From the IMG/VR virus record IMGVR_UViG_2585427763_000002: DNA of 42,068 nt; one strand, given 5' to 3'. Position numbers and translations under genes: made by a program. Below, one piece after another: positions 37,809-42,068 of this stretch (the first letter of the stretch is position 1; each line of letters opens with the position of its first letter). The DNA comes from a virus (Duplodnaviria; Heunggongvirae; Uroviricota; Caudoviricetes). Below the pieces are notes generated by a model, which saw nothing but the letters and a program-made list of their open reading frames with translations, did not search any database and had not been told where the DNA came from.

Positions 37809-39881
37809 ATGACAGACATTACAGCCAATGTTGTAGTGAGTATGCCTTCGCAACTCTTCACTATGGCGCGTTCTTTTAAAGCCGTAGCCAATGGCAAAAT
37901 TTATATCGGTAAAATTGACACTGACCCGGTAAATCCTGAAAACCAGATTCAGGTTTATGTGGAGAACGAAGATGGTTCTCACGTTCCTGTTGCACAGCCA
38001 ATCATCATTAACGCTGCTGGTTACCCGGTATATAACGGACAGATTGCCAAGTTCGTAACTGTGCAAGGCCATTCTATGGCTGTTTATGATGCATACGGTG
38101 TGCAGCAGTTCTATTTTCCTAATGTGCTGAAGTATGACCCGGATCAGTTGCGACAGCAATTATTAAACCCTGACACTGGCCTAGGAGATGCGCTTGTTAT
38201 TGTTAAACAGCCATATGCTGGTTCTGTACCTATTACTCAACATCAGCACAACACCTATCTCCTTACCCCTTACCACTTCGCAGCAAAGGGAGATGGTATT
38301 ACAGATGACACTCTTGCCCTAAACCGCTGGTCCAATTGCGGAGCTAAGGTACTCTATTGGCCAGCAGGAAAATATCTGGTGAGCCCTACAAATGGTGTTT
38401 CTCTGGATATGGATAACTACCATACAGGGGATTCCGCACTAACGGCGTGCGTAACCGTTCCCTATGGCGTGAAAATTTATACGGCTGGGACAGAAACCCA
38501 GTTATGCGTGAAGGATGCTGACTCAGCATCGACCGTAGGTCTGGCCGTTAGCTACCCGGAGTCAAGTTATTCCCAGGGAGAAACCGACATCGGAAAATTC
38601 ATGATTCGCCTGGAAAACGGAAATGGTCGGTACGGTATTCTTACTCCACTCAGGGGGGAAATGTTCACTGCGCACCGGGCGAAGTTCAAATTAGGAGCGC
38701 ATTTCGGTCCTCAACAGGGGCGTGATGACCTGACGGTGCTACAGTATTCGTGGGTAAATGGCATGCTGATTGGCGACGCTTTTAGCGGCTCAGTGCATGT
38801 CACTGGATACGGCAGCTATAACGTACAGCAGGTTGAAGGTACGCAATTCCAGTGCGTGGCCGTTAAGATGAAGTCCGTTCGAGGTAACGTAGGTGTAGAC
38901 ATCAGATTCAACACAAACAACTGGTGGAAGTTTGTCGAACTGAGTGACGGCGTTGAAGGGTTTGTTGTCAAGGACAGCGAAGGGCTTGGGGCATTTGTTG
39001 GAATCGACCTAACCAACCCAGCCAGCGAGCCAGGTGGATTTATCGATAACGTACACGTCAACGTTAAGCAAAACGGAGTACGAGCCAGAAACAGGCCATC
39101 CCTGCAAATCGGAAACATTGAAGTCTATAAAAGTGATGGATTTGCCACTGACCTTGTTTACGATGCGGTGCTTCTGGTTGACTGCCAGGAAGTGACTATC
39201 AACTCTATTCACGCAATCGTCGGCAACTCAATCACAAATGCTCAGTCAGTAGTTAACTCGACAAACAGCACATTCCGCCTGAACTCATACTTTGCGCAAA
39301 ACATCAGGTTCGTCGATTTTGTGGTTAATAGCCCTGACTGCTATGTCGGAGAGGGGACAATTAACCAGGTCGAGGCAGTTCACTCACTTTCTGGATCACA
39401 AAGCAACGACTTCCACGGTAGTGATGTTCTGGTTAGATCCTACAGAAACAACGTTCGCCCACTTTACGCAGTGATGGATTCCGCTTTCAACAGGGCAAGG
39501 GCGAGGTTTCCACAAAATACAAGCCTCCAGGTGAGAACCTTTCTCGACTACACTGTGGCAGCAGCTGGGACTTTAACAATAGAACCAAGGCTTGACCCAT
39601 CCAGGTACTACATCATCATGAGTGCTGGTACAGGTGCCTTCACCTATTCAATTGAGCTGGATAAAGTGTCTGCCGTAGTTGGTGATATTGTTTACATAAA
39701 GATAGCCGGGTCATCATCTGCTAACCCAACAGTTTTGGTTAAAAATGGTATTGGTGGGACAACGCTCAGCACATTCAATAATATCGGTCCGATTCGTTTG
39801 AATTGTGCTTACAGATTTAATGAGTCAGGTAACTGGGTGGCCTACTACATTACCCAAAGCGTTGAAACCACTTATGGCTAA
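37809..39881 (+). CDS. Tailspike protein (P22 gp9-type head-binding domain with a different receptor-binding domain)
   Basis: 690 aa; N-terminus [59 protein letters not shown]... recalled from P22 tailspike; remainder diverges. Confidence 0.85.
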   Translation: MTDITANVVVSMPSQLFTMARSFKAVANGKIYIGKIDTDPVNPENQIQVYVENEDGSHVPVAQPIIINAAGYPVYNGQIAKFVTVQGHSMAVYDAYGVQQFYFPNVLKYDPDQLRQQLLNPDTGLGDALVIVKQPYAGSVPITQHQHNTYLLTPYHFAAKGDGITDDTLALNRWSNCGAKVLYWPAGKYLVSPTNGVSLDMDNYHTGDSALTACVTVPYGVKIYTAGTETQLCVKDADSASTVGLAVSYPESSYSQGETDIGKFMIRLENGNGRYGILTPLRGEMFTAHRAKFKLGAHFGPQQGRDDLTVLQYSWVNGMLIGDAFSGSVHVTGYGSYNVQQVEGTQFQCVAVKMKSVRGNVGVDIRFNTNNWWKFVELSDGVEGFVVKDSEGLGAFVGIDLTNPASEPGGFIDNVHVNVKQNGVRARNRPSLQIGNIEVYKSDGFATDLVYDAVLLVDCQEVTINSIHAIVGNSITNAQSVVNSTNSTFRLNSYFAQNIRFVDFVVNSPDCYVGEGTINQVEAVHSLSGSQSNDFHGSDVLVRSYRNNVRPLYAVMDSAFNRARARFPQNTSLQVRTFLDYTVAAAGTLTIEPRLDPSRYYIIMSAGTGAFTYSIELDKVSAVVGDIVYIKIAGSSSANPTVLVKNGIGGTTLSTFNNIGPIRLNCAYRFNESGNWVAYYITQSVETTYG

Positions 39882-40247
39882 TAGTCATTATCAATATCCT
39901 GCAGATGTGACCTAACGACAAGCGTCGCCACGATGACAACCACGGAAAGGATGCCGATAACCCACCACATAACTTACCCGCGCAAAATGAATGGACAAAA
40001 ATCATCCGCAGATTAACCCTAAGCTTTGCATATTTTTTGAAGATGTGACTGTTGTGTGGCAAAAAATTAGCGCAAGAGGACAAAAAATCACCTTGCGCTA
40101 ATGCTCTGTTACAGGTCACTAATACCATCTAAGTGGTTGATTCATAGTGACTGGATATGTTGTGTTTTGTAGCATTATGTAGTCTATTTTTTAGACTACA
40201 GATGCTGTAACACATTGATATTAATGGTTTTTAATGTTTCACGTTCA

Positions 40248-40262
40248 GCTTTTTTATACTAA
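40248..40262. other. attR: attR common core (O), junction P-O-B'
   Basis: GCTTTTTTATACTAA preceded by lambda P-arm-like sequence (CTGTTACAGGTCACTAATACCATCTAAGT...) and followed by CTTGAGCG (B'). Confidence 0.9.
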
Positions 40263-40352
40263 CTTGAGCGAAACGGGAAGGTAAAAAGACAAAAAGTTGT
40301 TTTTAATACCTTTAAGTGATACCAGATGGCATTGCGCCATCTGGCAGAGTGA

Positions 40353-40829
40353 TTAACTAAACATCGCAGTAATCGAGGCACTCGCCAGAGAGTGAAAATG
40401 AACGTTAAACCCGACCATCGCGCCGCTGGCACCTTCATCGACATCAATACGTTCTACATCCAGCGCGTGAACGGTAAAAATGTAGCGATGGGTTTCGCCT
40501 TTCGGCGGCGCTGCGCCATCGTACCCGGTTTTACCAAAGTCGGTACGCGTCTGCAAAACGCCGTCTGGCATAGCTACCAGACCAGAGCCAAACCCTTGCG
40601 GTAATACGCGGGTATCAGCGGGTAAATTAACAACTACCCAGTGCCACCAGCCGGAGCCGGTTGGCGCATCCGGGTCATAGCAGGTGACAACAAAACTTTT
40701 CGTTCCCACAGGAACATCATCCCACGCCAGATGCGGTGAAATATTATCGCCATCGTAACCCATGCCGTTAAAGACATGACGATGCGGCAGCTTATCGCCA
40801 TCGCGCAGATCGTTACTGATGAGTTTCAT
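40353..40829 (-). CDS. ybhB: YbhB (PEBP/Raf-kinase-inhibitor-like protein); host gene right of attB-lambda
   Basis: 158 aa recalled as E. coli YbhB; adjacent to B' arm. Confidence 0.85.
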   Translation of the reverse strand: MKLISNDLRDGDKLPHRHVFNGMGYDGDNISPHLAWDDVPVGTKSFVVTCYDPDAPTGSGWWHWVVVNLPADTRVLPQGFGSGLVAMPDGVLQTRTDFGKTGYDGAAPPKGETHRYIFTVHALDVERIDVDEGASGAMVGFNVHFHSLASASITAMFS

Positions 40830-40839
40830 TAGAATGCCT

Positions 40840-42068
40840 CCGGGAAACCTCGGCCTTCAGACCGGGGAGGAAAGGAGGCGGTTTTCCGACTAACTGTACT
40901 TTGCATAATCACATTTTCCTCTTTAGTATGTGAACACATGAAACGCGCATATAAATACCGGTTTTACCCGACAACTGAGCAGGCTGAGCTTTTAGCTCAG
41001 ACGTTTGGCTGTGTGCGCTTCGTCTACAATTCCATCCTTCGTTGGCGTACCGATGCGTACTACGAGCGAAAAGAAAAGATCGGTTATCTACAGGCCAACG
41101 CTCGCCTTACGGCGCTCAAAAAAGAGCCTGAATACATATGGCTGAATGATGTTTCCTGCGTTCCCCTCCAGCAGTCGTTGCGCCACCAACAAGCCGCCTT
41201 TGCTAACTTCTTTGCCGGACGAGCTGCATATCCGGCTTTCAAAAGCAAACGGCACAAACAGGTGGCTGAGTTCACTGCCAGCGCGTTTAAACACCGTGAC
41301 GGCGAGTTGTATATAGCAAAGAGCAAGTCGCCGCTGGATGTTCGCTGGAGTCGAGAATTACCATCTGCGCCGTCAACCGTTACCATTTCCAGAGATAGCG
41401 CTGGCAGGTACTTTGTTTCCTGCCTGTGTGAGTTTGAACCTGTATCAATGCCTGTTACCGCTAAAACGGTCGGCATTGATGTGGGCTTAAAAGATTTATT
41501 CGTCACCGATACCGGATTCAAAACCGACAATCCCCGCCACACCGCTAAATATGCGAAGCGATTAACGCTGCTACAGCGACGTTTAAGCAGGAAGCAAAAA
41601 GGCTCAAGAAACCGTATTAAAGCCCGCTTAAAGGTCGCCCGACTCCACGCGAAAATCGCCGATTGCCGGATGGACAATCTGCACAAGTTGTCCCGCAAAC
41701 TGATTAACGAAAACCAAGTTGTTTGCGTCGAATCCCTCAAGGTGAAAAACATGATCCGCAACCCGAAGCTGTCTAAAGCAATAGCTGACGCAGGCTGGAG
41801 CGAACTTGTTCGCCAGCTCCAGTACAAAGGCAAATGGGCCGGGCGGTCAGTGGTCGCCATTGACCAGTATTTACCGTCCTCAAAATGCTGTAGTTGCTGC
41901 GGTTTCACCATGCAAAAAATGCCTCTTAATGTTCGTAAATGGCACTGCCCTGAATGCGGCGCAGACCATGATCGCGACATTAACGCGGCACGTAATATTA
42001 AAGCTGCCGGGCTGGCAGTGTTAGCCCACGGAGAGCCTGTAAACCCTGAATCGCAGCACGCGGCTTAG
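40840..42068 (+). mobile_element. tnpB-only IS200/IS605-family element (left end and tnpB; right end lies beyond window)
   Basis: Imperfect palindromes (CCTCCGGGAAACCTCGGCC...CCGGGGAGG) upstream of tnpB, consistent with a subterminal hairpin; no tnpA in window. Confidence 0.45.
40938..42068 (+). CDS. tnpB: TnpB (IS200/IS605-family OrfB, RuvC-like RNA-guided endonuclease)
   Basis: 376 aa; C-terminal zinc finger CCSCCG...CPECG; typical N-terminus MKRAYKYRFYPTTEQAELLAQTFGCVRFVYNS; stop at window end. Confidence 0.85.
   Translation: MKRAYKYRFYPTTEQAELLAQTFGCVRFVYNSILRWRTDAYYERKEKIGYLQANARLTALKKEPEYIWLNDVSCVPLQQSLRHQQAAFANFFAGRAAYPAFKSKRHKQVAEFTASAFKHRDGELYIAKSKSPLDVRWSRELPSAPSTVTISRDSAGRYFVSCLCEFEPVSMPVTAKTVGIDVGLKDLFVTDTGFKTDNPRHTAKYAKRLTLLQRRLSRKQKGSRNRIKARLKVARLHAKIADCRMDNLHKLSRKLINENQVVCVESLKVKNMIRNPKLSKAIADAGWSELVRQLQYKGKWAGRSVVAIDQYLPSSKCCSCCGFTMQKMPLNVRKWHCPECGADHDRDINAARNIKAAGLAVLAHGEPVNPESQHAA

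Larger units (their letters stand above)
1331..40262. mobile_element. Integrated mosaic lambdoid prophage (~38.9 kb) at attB-lambda between ybhC and ybhB
   Basis: Direct 15-bp core repeats at both ends; int/xis adjacent to attL; complete regulatory, replication, lysis and virion modules between the cores. Confidence 0.92.

Noticed and set aside
39850-40128. 92-aa minus-strand ORF spanning the tailspike end and the lambda P arm
   Set aside because: Overlaps the tailspike 3' end and lies in the attP P-arm/sib region of lambda, which is non-coding; no RBS
41084-41980. 298-aa minus-strand ORF inside tnpB
   Set aside because: Antisense to the TnpB reading frame, which has clear family signatures; typical spurious ORF in GC-rich coding sequence

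Overview
The window is an E. coli chromosomal locus (ybhC on the left, ybhB on the right) in which the lambda attachment site is occupied by a complete mosaic lambdoid prophage of about 38.9 kb. The attL core (GCTTTTTTATACTAA, B-O-P') is at 1331-1345 and the attR core (P-O-B') at 40248-40262. Modules in order: lambda-type int/xis; a leftward early operon of small, translationally coupled genes including a PD-(D/E)xK nuclease-like protein, SSB and a Rad52-family annealing protein; cIII, a sieB-position membrane protein and lambda-type N with nutL; a hybrid CI repressor, Cro, nutR, cII, O with ori iterons, and a DnaC-type helicase loader; a nin region (NinB, Dam-type methyltransferase, NinE, NinF, Roi-like antirepressor, YbcO-like nuclease, RusA, NinH); Q; a lysis cassette with holin, SAR endolysin and Rz/Rz1; then a P22/Sf6-like podovirus morphogenesis module (terminase, 708-aa portal, scaffold, 423-aa coat, gp4/gp10/gp26, ejection proteins), an immI-like mnt/arc/ant region and a tailspike. 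The best candidate for an undescribed system is an AT-rich accessory island between the ejection genes and immI (34159-35760), carrying a Panacea(DUF4065)-like protein coupled to an unknown 139-aa partner. Right of attR are ybhB and a tnpB-only IS200/IS605-type element. All identifications rest on reading the sequence and recalled protein families; no database search or folding was run, and gene starts are judged from RBS and overlap patterns.
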